Source: the human T2T-CHM13v2.0 reference genome, Homo sapiens
NCBI RefSeq assembly: GCF_009914755.1
Contig: NC_060933.1
DNA: 64,000 bases
Reading direction: 5' to 3' (one strand)
The position numbers and the translations under genes were made by a program. Positions 30,509 to 48,813 of the stretch are shown in pieces. The number at the start of each line of letters is the position of its first letter. Position 1 is the first letter of the stretch. The notes beneath the pieces are model-generated. The model made no database searches. It was not told where the DNA came from and was given only the letters and a program-made list of their open reading frames with translations.

Positions 30509-31969
30509 GTGAGTATGAAGTAGACATCCTAGGAGGCAGCTCCCCTCTGAACTGGGAGGGTCCCCAGGCACAAATCCTGTTGCTTTACTTTCCAAGAAGA
30601 TGTCAAGGAAGAGCAAGCTCAAAAAAGCAGGTAGTGTTTATTCCTGGCCTGCTTCTTGGTGCCTCTGGATTTATTTTATTTGGTGAAGGGCAATGCAGAG
30701 TTGAACTGGATCTATCATTCATTAATGGACCTTGGGGGCATGTCTATAGAACAGTTTTGGGGTAGGGTCTGTGAAGTCTCTGAAAACATATCCAGAAGTA
30801 TACATGTATGTCTTTCATGGGGAGAGGTGTCATGGCTTTTATAACATTCTCAGAGGCTGAGGACCCCAAATTTATTCAGGTCCCTTGTTCCAGGTGAATG
30901 TCAGGAATAAGCCAGGGCCATTGTATTATCTGTCAGTTTCACAGAAGAGAAAAGGAGCCTGGACTTTTTCAGGAGTTACTTTGGCAAGAATGGGTTCTAA
31001 GTCTCCTGGAAAATTGGGAGAATCACTTTTTATAATTGCACTTCACTGCCTATGAATATCTGCTTATGGGCTCTCGATGAGAGTGAAACTCACTCTGCAC
31101 ATACCCAGGCAGCTCTTTAGAACCTTCCGCCATCTCGGGGCTCTACCTCTTGAGGTGTCCCCATAGAAGGGGCCATGCAGGGAGCAGAGAGCTTTTGCCT
31201 CTTGAGCATTTGCTTGCCCTAAAAGCAGAGAAGAATCATGCCACCCAGCCTGAATCTTCAGGGTGGGGTACACATGGCTTACCTGATGTCAATTTAAATC
31301 ATTTGTGGCTCGCAAATTAATGCACCTCGGAAACACTAAGTTCATATCCACAAGTACAGTAAAAAAATGTGGCTGTCTGGCAGGCAGTTCTCCAGACATT
31401 TAGGCTTCTGATAATGTCTTTGAACATCACACCTATTATTTTAATTGGTTATTTTGCTCTGAGGAAAATAGAAATGTTCTCTGATTAGTTGATAGTAGGT
31501 CAAAGGCCTGTCTTTTCTGGAAACTATTGAAAAGAACCAGATAATTGCAGAAGAAAAGGATTTTAGGAAGGGGGTTGGGAGCTGTAGCCAAAATGCAACC
31601 CAGGCAGTCAGCACTCAGGTAGGGAACTCTAAGATCTGATAGAGGATAAGAAGAGAACTGGCCCCCAGGGGTTCTCTAGAGTCCAGACTTTTCTATAGAA
31701 CCGCTTGAGTTCTGGCTGCCCAGGAAGCCATACAGTCTTCTGTTCTGTAGCTGTCCAGGCTGGGCCACGTAGCCGTGCTGGACTGTACTTACAGAGAGCA
31801 GTGGACAGCTATGATTTACAGCTTCTGAAGCAAAGCAGCATGGCCTTTACACAGAGCTAGTGACATGAATAGGGTGTGTTTAGAAAGCTTTCTACCTCCC
31901 TAGAATACATCCATCTATCCCTAAAACCCTAGAAAAGATCTACCGCCCCAAAGAATCTGCCCTCTCTCT

Positions 31970-32320
31970 GTAGCAGTGCGTCTCAAGTTTGGAAACACTT
32001 ATGGGATTTTTTTTTTTTTAATACTTTAATACCTGTGTTTGGATCTCATCTCCAGAGATTCTGGTTTAATTGGTAAGGAGAAAGGCCTGGACATTGGGAT
32101 TTTAAAAGCCTCCCCTGCTGATTCTGGTATGCAGCAGTGGTTGAGAACCATTGCGCTATAGTTCACGGTTCTCAAAATTATAAGAATCACTAGCCCCCTC
32201 CCACCCCACGCTCCCTGCAAGACATTCTGATGCAGCAGATCTGGGGTAGTACGCAAGTATCTATGTTTTCAACAAGCTCCTAAAGTGACCCTGGTGTTGG
32301 GCATCTTAAAAGTGTGCCCT
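31970..32320. mobile_element. MER5-type hAT remnants (two adjacent)
   Basis: agagattctggtttaattgg...gattctggtatgcagcagtggttgagaacca. Confidence 0.6.
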
Positions 32321-33763
32321 AGATACCAAGAGACCTCTTAGGGTATTTTAATATTATATGACAGTTATTAATTATTAATAATAAACTAATGGGGAGTTCT
32401 AGTTAATGGAGTACCGTCCTTTATTGCTGTATATTGCCAATTATAGATTCCCAATAAAACATACTTTAAGCTTAATATCAAGACTATATTCAACACAATT
32501 TCATCTTTGAAGCAGGAAGTGTAAAAGCAGTACACAAGAGGTAATCATTTACTTTATCTGTGGTATGTTCTGAAAGTTGCTTTTTTGATTGAACTTTCTG
32601 TGCCTGCTGATACACCTAAAATAGTAGAAAAAAATCAAGGGAAAAATTTTATGTTGTTTTGTGATGTGGATTCCAGATACAATGTAACTTTGCTAAAACA
32701 TGTTATATCATTTGTCAGACTTCATGGGTCCAATTACCAGATACCAGCACTGACTCCCTGGGTAAAGGGGGACAATAAGGGCATCTACATCCCCGGGTTA
32801 GTGGATGGTGGAATGAGAGGAATTATTTAAGTGCTTACATAGTGCCTCTACATTATGAGCAATCAGTGAAGACTAGCTATTGTGTTATTTATCACTAGAG
32901 GATAACATTTTATGTAAAATATTAATATGTACTTACAAATAATTTAGGTGTGAGAACAGTTCTAACTTACAAAGTCTTTTGTTTATTTTTGTTTTTTTAA
33001 CAATCACCGGCTCAAGAAGCTTATAATTTGGGGTAGGGCACAGACCAGTAAATAGACAATTACAAAGCAATATAACAGAAGAAAGCACGGTGTTATGAGG
33101 CAAAAATAAGGACCACTAACTGAAAATTTATTAAGCCATTTTCTGTCATCCTAGATGTATTCAAGATGTAATTCCCTTAGAGTACAAAGTTAATGTAAAA
33201 AAAACGCTTCATTGTGACCTTCAGTCTAGAAGATGTATGGCAAAATTAGGCTGAAGCATCTTTTTCTCCTGTGACATTAGACATCTGATTTCACTGAAAT
33301 ATAGCACACAATTACTGGAAATGAGGGCCTATAAAAGTCCACAAAACCAAGTGACTTTTCAAGATATAACAGAGGTAAAAGGTTACTGTCATCACTGTCT
33401 ATGAATCATCTCATTATCGATATTCTAGACTTTGAAGTAAAATAATAAAAAGTTTACTTAAAGCAACAGCATCAGATAATTAAACAATTCTTTGGTATTT
33501 AATACTAATATTTCAGAAATAGAACTCCAGAGTATTTCCAGATGTGCATATGCTGATCGATTTTTAGGTTTATCATCCTTCGCTTTATAACGGAAGTCAT
33601 TTCTTATACATTGATAGAATGTAGTATGAGTGTAGTGATATTTTTCACTCTGACATTAACTAAAAACATGGTGTAAATGGAGAATTATAGAGGTAGCAAG
33701 GCAAAGGTTACAAAATATATGCAAACATTTTTGTTTATTTGTATGCTGTATTTCATTGTTGTG

Positions 33764-38737
<4,974 letters not shown>

Positions 38738-38818
38738 TCTCTCACAAAGTCTTTTGTAAACCTGTGTATCCAAAGAAAAGATTGGAAGTATGTCTAAACT
38801 ACTGTCTTTATTCATCAG

Positions 38819-39004
38819 GGAATCAAAGCCGTCCTGGCCGAGAGCTACGAGCGCATTCACCGCAGTAACCTGGTTGGGATGGGTGTGATCCCACTTGAAT
38901 ATCTCCCTGGTGAGAATGCAGATGCCCTGGGGCTCACAGGGCAAGAACGATACACTATCATTATTCCAGAAAACCTCAAACCACAAATGAAAGTCCAGGT
39001 CAAG
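38819..39004 (+). CDS. ACO1: ACO1 exon 20
   Basis: catcag|GGA...AAG|gtaagc; [62 protein letters not shown]; 186 bp. Confidence 0.98.
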
Positions 39005-39920
39005 GTAAGCTGGAGCCTCTCTATGCCAGGCCCTGTCGAAAGGGGCCCCCTCGTTTGTAACCAGTCTTGTTAGAAGGAAATTAGTGAGGTTTAGAAGGCA
39101 AAAAATATCACTCAGGAGGACTGCATTAGACTTAGGAGGCCTACTAGCATCTTTTCTACCTGCCTTCACAGCATAGGATGATGCCTATGGATTTAATTTC
39201 TCTGTTTATTCACAGAGTTATCCTCAGTTCCATTCTTACCTCCCACCCCCTACTGTACCCTGTTCCCGGTCTCTCGTGATGAGAGCTCAGGGATGTGACA
39301 TTTCACATTACCTAAAACATTTCACTATAAAAACGTGAGCAACAGATATACTCACCCCTCCCTAAGCCTGCCCATAGGCACCAGGCTTTGATTAGCCCAA
39401 GAGTGAAAATGATAGATCCCTAGGCAAGGTAAAGATAAAGTGCCCAGCACCAGGTCCCAGGGGTCATTCGGTGCCCCAGACAGAGGCAGTGCAAAAGTCT
39501 GTGTCTCAGATAAGCAGATGGGCCAGCTGCCTAAGGGACAACCTTAATGAAATCTCTGCTGATTGAATACTTCTGTCCACAGGGAGCCCCCAGAGGTTTA
39601 GAAAATACCACCCTGATGTCATTAATAGCTACTGCCCTGAGAAGCTATTTCTAGTTCTTAGATGGCTCTCACCCCCATCATTTACAGTCTGCAGTGATTC
39701 TCAAACTGTAATGGGCAAAGCAGCCTCCCAGGGATCTTGCTGAAATGCATCTTCTGATTTAGTGGGTCTGGGCTGGGGCCAGCAGCCTTGCATGTCCTCA
39801 TGTGCTGCTGGTGTTACTGAAGTGTGGACCACACCTGAGGGGCAGGCTGGGCAGAATTTCCTCCGAGCAGAGCTGTCTCGCCACCTCCCTCAATGATGCT
39901 TCTGTTTCTTTGTGCCACAG

Positions 39921-40034
39921 CTGGATACTGGCAAGACCTTCCAGGCTGTCATGAGGTTTGACACTGATGTGGAGCTCACTTATTTCCTCAACGGGGGCAT
40001 CCTCAACTACATGATCCGCAAGATGGCCAAGTAG
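39921..40034 (+). CDS. ACO1: ACO1 exon 21, coding part to stop
   Basis: ccacag|CTG...AAG TAG; [37 protein letters not shown]; phases of all exons are consistent with an 889-aa protein. Confidence 0.98.
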   Translation: MDTGKTFQAVMRFDTDVELTYFLNGGILNYMIRKMAK

Positions 40035-40730
40035 GAGACGTGCACTTGGTGCTGCGCCCAGGGAGGAAGCCGCACCACCAGCCAGCGCAGGCCCTGGTGG
40101 AGAGGCCTCCCCGGCTGCCTCTGGGAGGGGTGCTGCCTTGTAGATGGAGCAAGTGAGCACTGAGGGTCTGGTGCCAATCCTGTAGGCACAAAACCAGAAG
40201 TTTCTACATTCTCTATTTTTGTTAATCATCTTCTCTTTTTCCAGAATTTGGAAGCTAGAATGGTGGGAATGTCAGTAGTGCCAGAAAGAGAGAACCAAGC
40301 TTGTCTTTAAAGTTACTGATCACAGGACGTTGCTTTTTCACTGTTTCCTATTAATCTTCAGCTGAACACAAGCAAACCTTCTCAGGAGGTGTCTCCTACC
40401 CTCTTATTGTTCCTCTTACGCTCTGCTCAATGAAACCTTCCTCTTGAGGGTCATTTTCCTTTCTGTATTAATTATACCAGTGTTAAGTGACATAGATAAG
40501 AACTTTGCACACTTCAAATCAGAGCAGTGATTCTCTCTTCTCTCCCCTTTTCCTTCAGAGTGAATCATCCAGACTCCTCATGGATAGGTCGGGTGTTAAA
40601 GTTGTTTTGATTATGTACCTTTTGATAGATCCACATAAAAAGAAATGTGAAGTTTTCTTTTACTATCTTTTCATTTATCAAGCAGAGACCTTTGTTGGGA
40701 GGCGGTTTGGGAGAACACATTTCTAATTTG

Positions 40731-40791
40731 AATGAAATGAAATCTATTTTCAGTGAAAACTTGTTGACTTTGAGTTTTGCTGTGTTTGTGG
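40731..40791 (+). terminator. Candidate ACO1 proximal poly(A) site (variant hexamer AATGAA + GU-rich downstream element)
   Basis: aatgaaatgaaa at 40731 followed ~30 nt later by ttgttgactttgagttttgctgtgtttgtgg; I saw no AATAAA between the stop and this point. Confidence 0.5.
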
Positions 40792-41079
40792 CTAGAGTTT
40801 TGGGATATTTAGTACAGAGTGAATCTCACACCATATCATTGGGAAGCCTGAATAACCTTCATATTCTCCCATTTTTACAACTCTATCAGAACTGTACGGG
40901 TATAACGGAAATGTTTAGGAACCATTATGCTCGCTCTTCCCTGTTTGGGAGCAGACAAGAAGGAAGAGTAGCCTGGTGGCAGTGGCAACGATATAAGTAC
41001 ATAAGGAAAAGCAGATAAACTTCAGGACACTAAAAACCAATTATCTGCTCATTTTTACCCCTGTAGTCGTTTCTGGGCA

Positions 41080-41510
41080 TGCCTTAGTTTGCTTGGGTTG
41101 CTATAATGTAATGCCATAGACTGGCTGAAAGAACAGAAATGTATTTTCTCACAGTTATGGAGGCTGGAATTCTGAGATCAAAGTTGAAGCCACTTCATTT
41201 TCTGGTGAGGACACTCTTCCTGGTTTACAGATGGCCACCTTCTTGCTTGTTCTCACATGGCATTTCTTTGGTATGTGCCTGGTGGGGGAGAGAGAAAATA
41301 GGCTCTCATGTCTCTTCTTACAGCAACACTAATTGTATTGGATCAGGGTCCCACTCTTATGGAGACCCAGGAAAGCTGGTGGTATAACAACTTGGTTCAA
41401 GTCCAAATGCCTAAGAACCTGGGGAGGGGCATGGGGAATGCTGGTATAAGTCCCAGAGTCTGAATGCCCAGGAACAAGCAGGAGCTGTGATGTCCAAGGA
41501 CAGGAGGGCA
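41080..41510 (-). mobile_element. MLT1A/B LTR fragment abutting an MLT2-like fragment
   Basis: ttagtttgcttgggttgctataa...ctcacagttatggaggctggaa; then ggagacccaggaaagctggtggt. Confidence 0.65.
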
Positions 41511-41678
41511 GGATCTTTGTAATGAATTTTTAATGTCAACCTTAGCACTCAGGGGATATGGCCTGGTCATCAGAACATCTGGAATCTAATCCTCTTTCTA
41601 CTTCTCACCAGATGAGGGATCAAGACAGGTTATTTAGCATCCCTGCACTTGCGGTCCTGGGGATCTTATTTATATTCA

Positions 41679-42052
<374 letters not shown>

Positions 42053-42170
42053 TTAAGATCAGTCCTAGAATAAAAACACTAAGAATGGCTGAGAAAACAG
42101 ACCTCCACCCTCTCAGCTCTCCATTACTGAGCAGCTGGGGAGCTGTCTCGCTCCCCGCATTCAGTGGCTC

Positions 42171-42507
42171 CTGTGGTCTGTATTTTTGTATCCTCCCCAA
42201 AATTCAGGTGGTGAAACCTTAACCCCCCAGGTAATGGTAATAGAAGCTGGGGCCTTTGGAAGGTGATTAGATCATGAGGGTAGTGCCTTTTAAAAGAGAC
42301 TCAAGATAAGATAGAGACCCCCTCATTTCTTCTGCCATGGGAGAACACAGCAAGAAGTCACCATCCGTGAACCAGAAAGTGGGTTCTCACCAGATACTGA
42401 ATCTGCCAGTGCCTTGAACCTAGACTTTCCAGCCAGAACTGTGAGAAATTTCTATTGTTTATAAGCCACCCAGTTGATATTTAGTTACAGCAGCCCAACC
42501 AAGACTG
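42171..42507 (+). mobile_element. MLT1A-type MaLR LTR
   Basis: ggggcctttggaaggtgattagatcatgagggt...gaactgtgagaaatttctattgtttataagccaccca. Confidence 0.75.
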
Positions 42508-42606
42508 TGGTTATGAGGAAACAAACACATTATTGTGGCTAGACTAATGGAATTGGGTCCCTTACCTCCAAGTACACCCTCTGTCCTTTTCGGTAAAAAT
42601 ATCTTC

Positions 42607-42911
42607 GCCAGGCACGGTGTCTCATGCCTATGATCCCAACACTTTGGGAGGCCGAGGCTGGAGGGTTGCTTGAGCCCAGAAGTTTGAGACCAGCCTGGGC
42701 AACACTCTACAAAAAAATAAATAAATAAATAAATAAATAAAATAAATCAGCCAGGTGTGCACCTGTGGTCCCAGCTGTTCAGGAGGCTGAGGTGGGAGGA
42801 TCACTTGAGCCTGGGAGGTCGTGGCTATGATTGCTCCACTGCACTCCAGCCTGGGCAATAGAGTGAGACCCTATCAATCAATCACCACCCCCCCCCCCCC
42901 AAAAAAAAAAA
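42607..42911 (+). mobile_element. AluJ with C13-A11 tail
   Basis: Diverged dimer with (TAAA)n linker. Confidence 0.9.
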
Positions 42912-44673
42912 GTATCTTGGCCAGTGTCTCAACCTTGCCCACTAACAAGCCTAAATAAACCAACTTCTTTTACCTGGTTCTTTAAGGGCTGCTCGTCTTA
43001 CTATCCAAATTAAAAATCTGCTGTTCTCCCTCCCATATTCTTTGGGAATGAAGATTCCCCTGTTTGTTTGGATAGTTTTCCAAATTCATTACTGCATTCC
43101 TGGCATCCGCAGCAAGCTAAGAGTTAGTTAATATTTTTAATATAGCAAATAAGGATGAGGGATGCCCTTCATGTGTATTTACACACCAGATTTTTATGGT
43201 ACACAGGGAGTAATCTAGGGAAAAGATATATTAGGCATGAATCTTAGCTGTGGTAGAAGCACAGCTCAAATTAGCTTAAGGAAAAAAAAAAAAAAAGCTG
43301 GCTCATAGAACTTGAGGACAGTGGTGGCCATGACTATGGGCTTGATTGGATCTAGTGACTCAAGCTCCCTTCCATTTGCCCCTCCAACCACCCCCCCATC
43401 CCTCCACCAATCATACCTTCTGTTGGCCTCTGCAGTAGAGTGGCCTCTTCTGGGCCCTTCCACATGCCAGGGGATATGGCCACCAGCAGTTCTGGGGAAA
43501 CCATTAGTAATTTGTGATCGTAGAGATTTGTCTCCCAGTATTCCCTAGGGCAAAAATATTGGGAGTTCCTAGTCACCTAAATGAAGAACCTTATTTTTAG
43601 CAGTTTCCCTTTCAGGGCTCTAACAGGACTGTGGAGTAATGTACGGGGTTATGTAGGAGCAATGCAGAGCCACTTTTGAAAAACAGTAGCCAAGGTTCTA
43701 CTGGCTGCCTTCTTAGGACATTATTAAATATCATAAACACAAGTGGAATTTAACACCCAGCCAGTTTGTGTTCAACCAGACAGCGTCATTATGAACAAAG
43801 ATTATATAACGATAGCTGATATTAAGTAAGTTTTAAAAGTTGACATCCCAAGAGTGAAGCCTACTTATTCAGTACAGATTTGTTGAATGAAATTCGTAGT
43901 TTTATTTTACGGCATAATGAAACAGAGTTCCAGACATGTACCTGCCAAATTTGGTTCTGGTTGTCTTATCGTATGCAGGCTGGATACCTGCTACTGTGCT
44001 TCTACAGGATGTTAACAGTGTCCCCTGAGTAAAACAGTTCCACGGTCAGTACATTTGGGAACCACTGAGTTAAATGGGTTTTATCACTGCAGAACAGACA
44101 CAAGAACAATGTGTGCTGTAAATCACTGTTTGCAGGGAAGGTGGCAGCAAATGGCACAGAAACCCACCTGACCACAGACTGCTTTCTTCTGGGCGTTCAC
44201 GCACTGTGCTCCACAGGATACTCTTGAGAAACATTGAGCTATGGTTGGTCTGTTGTTTGAAATTCAAATAATAATGAATCCATTTTAAGGACAGGAATTG
44301 GTTTACTGACCTTGATGTTGGGATGACTCTTCATTTCAGGGTGAAAATATCACAGCATCAGCACAGGCCAGGACCACAGAGATAACAAGGTGGTAGTTGT
44401 GTAACAGGTTGTGTCTGAACCACAGGAGCTTCAAAACATACACGGCTGGACACCCTGCCAGGATGCTCTAATGGGGCTGGGCATGTGTCCATGAAAAAGA
44501 CTCCCCAGTTGTTTCTAAAATGTGGCCTTTGTTCTAGAAATGCAATGACCAGCATTTGGGAGTCAGTCAAAAGATCCACTTCCTAAAAGCCTACCTGCTC
44601 ATTTCTTTCATTCAATACATATTAACCAAGTGCCTACTTTGTTTGAGTCCATGCCTGGCAATGACATTATTCC

Positions 44674-44725
44674 ATTAAAAGTCAAACAAGGAAATGCTAA
44701 GTTCTCCTTATTTATTTTCACTTCA
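44674..44725 (+). terminator. Candidate ACO1 distal poly(A) site (ATTAAA + U-rich downstream element)
   Basis: ATTAAA 44674-44679; ttctccttatttattttcacttc from 44702. Confidence 0.6.
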
Positions 44726-44807
44726 GTCTGCCTGCCTCAGTTGGCTGAATAGGGCTATTCACCTTCATCCAAATTGAATCATTTACATACTTAAAAGAAC
44801 TTTTCTT

Positions 44808-45114
<307 letters not shown>

Positions 45115-45178
45115 TTATCTTATTAAATCTATTTCTAGTAGATGTTTTACACATCCTATTGGAGTTCTTAAACAATAG

Positions 45179-45546
45179 TGTATTAGTCTGTTTTCACACT
45201 GCTATAAAGAACTGCCTGAGACTGGGTCATTTATAAAGAAAAGAGGTTTAATAGATTCACAGTTCCACATGGCTGAGGAGGCCTCAGGAAACTTACAATC
45301 ATGGCAGAAGGGGAAGCAGGCAAGTCTTACATGGCAGCAGATGAGAGAGAGAGTGTGTGTAAAGGAGGAATTGTCAAACACTTATAAAACCATCAGATCT
45401 CATGAGAACTAACTCACTATCCCAAGAACAGCATGGGGACAACTGCCCCCGTGATCCAATCACCTCCCGTCAGGTCCCTCCCTTGACACATGGGGATTAT
45501 AATTCAAGATGAGATTTGGGTGGGGACATATAGCCAAACCATATCA
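45179..45546 (-). mobile_element. THE1/MST-type solo LTR (MaLR)
   Basis: Reverse strand reads TGATATGGTTTGGCT...ACTAATACA; 5-bp TSD aatag (45174-45178 / 45547-45551). Confidence 0.92.
45247..45252 (-). terminator. Candidate DDX58 distal poly(A) signal ATTAAA inside a MaLR LTR
   Basis: tttaat on + strand; sits at the native LTR poly(A) signal position (ATTAAACCTCTTTTCTTTATAAA), sense to DDX58. Confidence 0.65.
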
Positions 45547-46209
45547 AATAGCAATTAAAAAAAATCACATAAGAAAAGACACTCTTAATAAAATACAAAT
45601 AGAAAATGAAAAAAACCAACTCATAAACTTGGTTTAAATAATCCATTTGTATTGGGTCTTAGTAAGAATACTACTACTAGTAACTATTATCAAGCAACTA
45701 CTGTGTCATGTACTTTTCACACATTCTTTTAATTAAAAACTCTCCACTAACCCTTACAGTTCAGTATTATCCTTGTTTTACAGATGAAGAAAAGCCAAAG
45801 AGAAGTTATATAACTGGCAAGTTTCTCTGGCTCCCCGCCTGCACCACTGCTCACCAGATTGCATGAAGAGGGAGGCAGCTGTAACACCTCATCCCGTTGA
45901 TCTCCAGGGAACTCAGATACTTGTTTCCACGTCCAGGAAACCGCAAACTAAGCTCTTTGAAGCATCAGCAAACCTTGCTAAGTGACACGTGAATGCCATT
46001 TGGATACATATTCTAATCTTTCAAGTAGAAAGGACAGTCAGACTGCCTCATCTGTAACATCCAAGGGATCTGAGAACAGACATTCAGTCCAGGTGTTGAA
46101 CATCAACATCATTATAGGAAAATGGTCAAAGAGAACAATGGCACACGTTAAGAGAACATATTAATAGGGCAAGATGTATAGTAAACTAAGTTTTCAAGAA
46201 GTATTTTAT

Positions 46210-46313
46210 CATTTTTATGCTCTCTACTAAAAGCTGACCACTGTAGAGTGGATACACATTGCTACATACAGCAACTCTACAGTGGACAGCTTTTAGTAGT
46301 AAGCATAAAAATG
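46210..46313. repeat. 40-bp inverted repeat in DDX58 3'UTR
   Basis: Arms 46210-46249 and 46274-46313 are complementary at 37/40 positions; 24-nt spacer. Confidence 0.95.
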
Positions 46314-47045
46314 GCTTTATGTTCTCATGTTCTCTGTGTAGCCATACCACACGTTGCTACACCAGGAACATGAGTACATATAACCATTACATATACATAC
46401 CTGTATGTATGTATATTAGTTACATATACATATGTACAGTATATACATGTATATATATTGAACCCTTGGAAGGGATCAGCAAAGAGGAGGACTCAATAAA
46501 AAAAGACTAGAATAGAACTAGAAGAGAGAGAAGCCCAGGGAGAGCTTCAAGAAGAGTGCTCAACAGGGCCAAATGCGCAGAGGTCAAATAGAAGGTTAAG
46601 AAGTGCCCAGTGGATTTGGCAACCAGAGTCACTGGTAACCTTCAAAAGAACAATTTCAGTAGATTGTTAAGGGCAAAAGCCAGTTTACAGTAGGTTAAGG
46701 AGACAAAGGGAGATAAAAATTCCCAACATTCCATTCATTCATCTATCCCAGTGTGTACAGAGTGATTACTGTGTGTTTGTTGGCAGTTGACTCTAAAAAG
46801 AAGGCTAGAAATGAGGCTTTTTAATTTTTCCCAAGTACTATGAGCTCTGTTGGCCTACAAAATACTCAGTGCTGTGATTCACTCATTTGTGCTTTGCATA
46901 TATAATATAGTACAAACTGCTAAAGATATTTTTAAAAAATATATTTTCACAGGGGTACAAGCGATCCATGATTATACCCACTATGTTTGTTTCTTCTCCA
47001 CTCAAAGTTACTCATTCCCTGTAGCTGAAGATTGAGGACCTGATA

Positions 47046-47342
<297 letters not shown>

Positions 47343-48549
47343 CTACAGATGAAGGGATGGAATAACACACAAAAGAGAACGTTAGAACCAGTACATAATT
47401 GTGATTTAAAAAAAAAAAAAAGAAAACCCCACAATAATCTGAGGCAAAGAACAGGTGGGTCTCACTTATTTTACAATTGGAGGGAAAAAAAAAATAGATT
47501 CACCCAAAGTCCAGAGGATCCATGCACCTGACTCCCCTCTACAGGCAGGGTGGGGTTGCAAGTGAGGACACTGGGCACCTCATAAAGAAGAAGATTAAGA
47601 AGGTTCCAGGTAACCCAGCTTCTGAAGGTAGATACTCATTATTCAAAAACAGAAGCGATGTTTGCTGAAAATTTGTGAAGCTGAAGTTCACCAGTGGCCC
47701 TGGCAGGCACAATCCAAAGGATACAGGGAAAACGACCAAGGTCAAGATGCAATTGAAGAAGGTCAGGGACTAATGTGTCCACAGGCCCCACCTAGAGTCA
47801 ACTTTAGAGTAAACAGCTCAGAAACAAATGCAGATCCAACATACTAGTCCCTCAGGAAAACATAGGGTCTAAAAGGGCCATTTTTAGTAGAACAATCACC
47901 CAAATTGGAGCTGAAAGGACCTTTTACAGCTAAAGAAGCAGACTTAGAAAGGTAAGGGAACTTAGCAATATGACTCCTGATAGGCTTTTTGCCCAAACAG
48001 CTGAGCCGATGAGAGATTTCTGCTTTCTGAAGACGAACGGAACATCCTGAAGTAATAACTCCTCATCTGAGCCAGCCCAGCCCCTCCACTGTGCCCCCCA
48101 TGCAAGAGTTATACCCCATATTTCTCTTTGGAGATTTTTCTAACCCTTTCTCTGAAAGTTTTAAGAAAGAAATATAAGGCTGCAATAGAAGGCTAATCTG
48201 CAGATGTCACATTTTACAAATAAGGAGATATTTTGTTTTCATTATAAAAGTGATCCATAGCCCAAAAGGAATGTTTGGAAAACATAAGGTAGTAGGAAAA
48301 GAGAAAAAAAGTCATGGAATCTCACCACCAAAATATTAATACATTTTGGTATAGTTCCCCTAGCCTTTGTTTTTCTGTAGCAAGGTAGGTTTTTTGACTT
48401 TTTCTCTTGACAATGACAATGAATGTATTTGCTGCTGTTGTTTCACACAGCTACAAAGTAGCATCTTTACAATTCTGTGTTCTGGTTACTTTTTTCCTTA
48501 TTACCATTAGTTTGTAAGCAGTTTTTCATTATACTACATAAACTTCATA

Positions 48550-48812
48550 ATTTTTTAAAATAAACTTTACTTTGGAACAATTTTAGATTTAAAGAAAAAT
48601 TGCAAAGATATCCCAGAAAATTTCTGCATACCCTTTACCCAGTTTCCCCAAATGTTAACATCTCATATACCACAGCACATTTGTCAAAACCAAGATAATT
48701 AACATCAGTACATTACTATTATCTAAACTACAGATTTTACCACTCTTTCTCTAGTTGTATCCTTTATCTGTTCCAGGAGCTAATCCAGGACACGTCATTG
48801 CATTTAGCATGA
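48550..48812 (-). mobile_element. Old L1M (L1MC-like) 3' fragment
   Basis: Same family motif as 10365-10625. Confidence 0.6.
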
Positions 48813-48813
48813 C

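Noticed and set aside
40515-40770. Iron-responsive element (CAGUGN loop) in the ACO1 3'UTR, suggesting autoregulation
   Set aside because: CAGTGA at ~40525 has only a 4-bp upper stem with the C misplaced; CAGTGA at 40751 has 3 bp. Neither fits the C-bulge + 5-bp canonical IRE.
45200-47045. IRE in the RIG-I 3'UTR
   Set aside because: The - strand CAGUG occurrences I checked (~45845, ~46240, ~46630) lack a flanking 5-bp stem.
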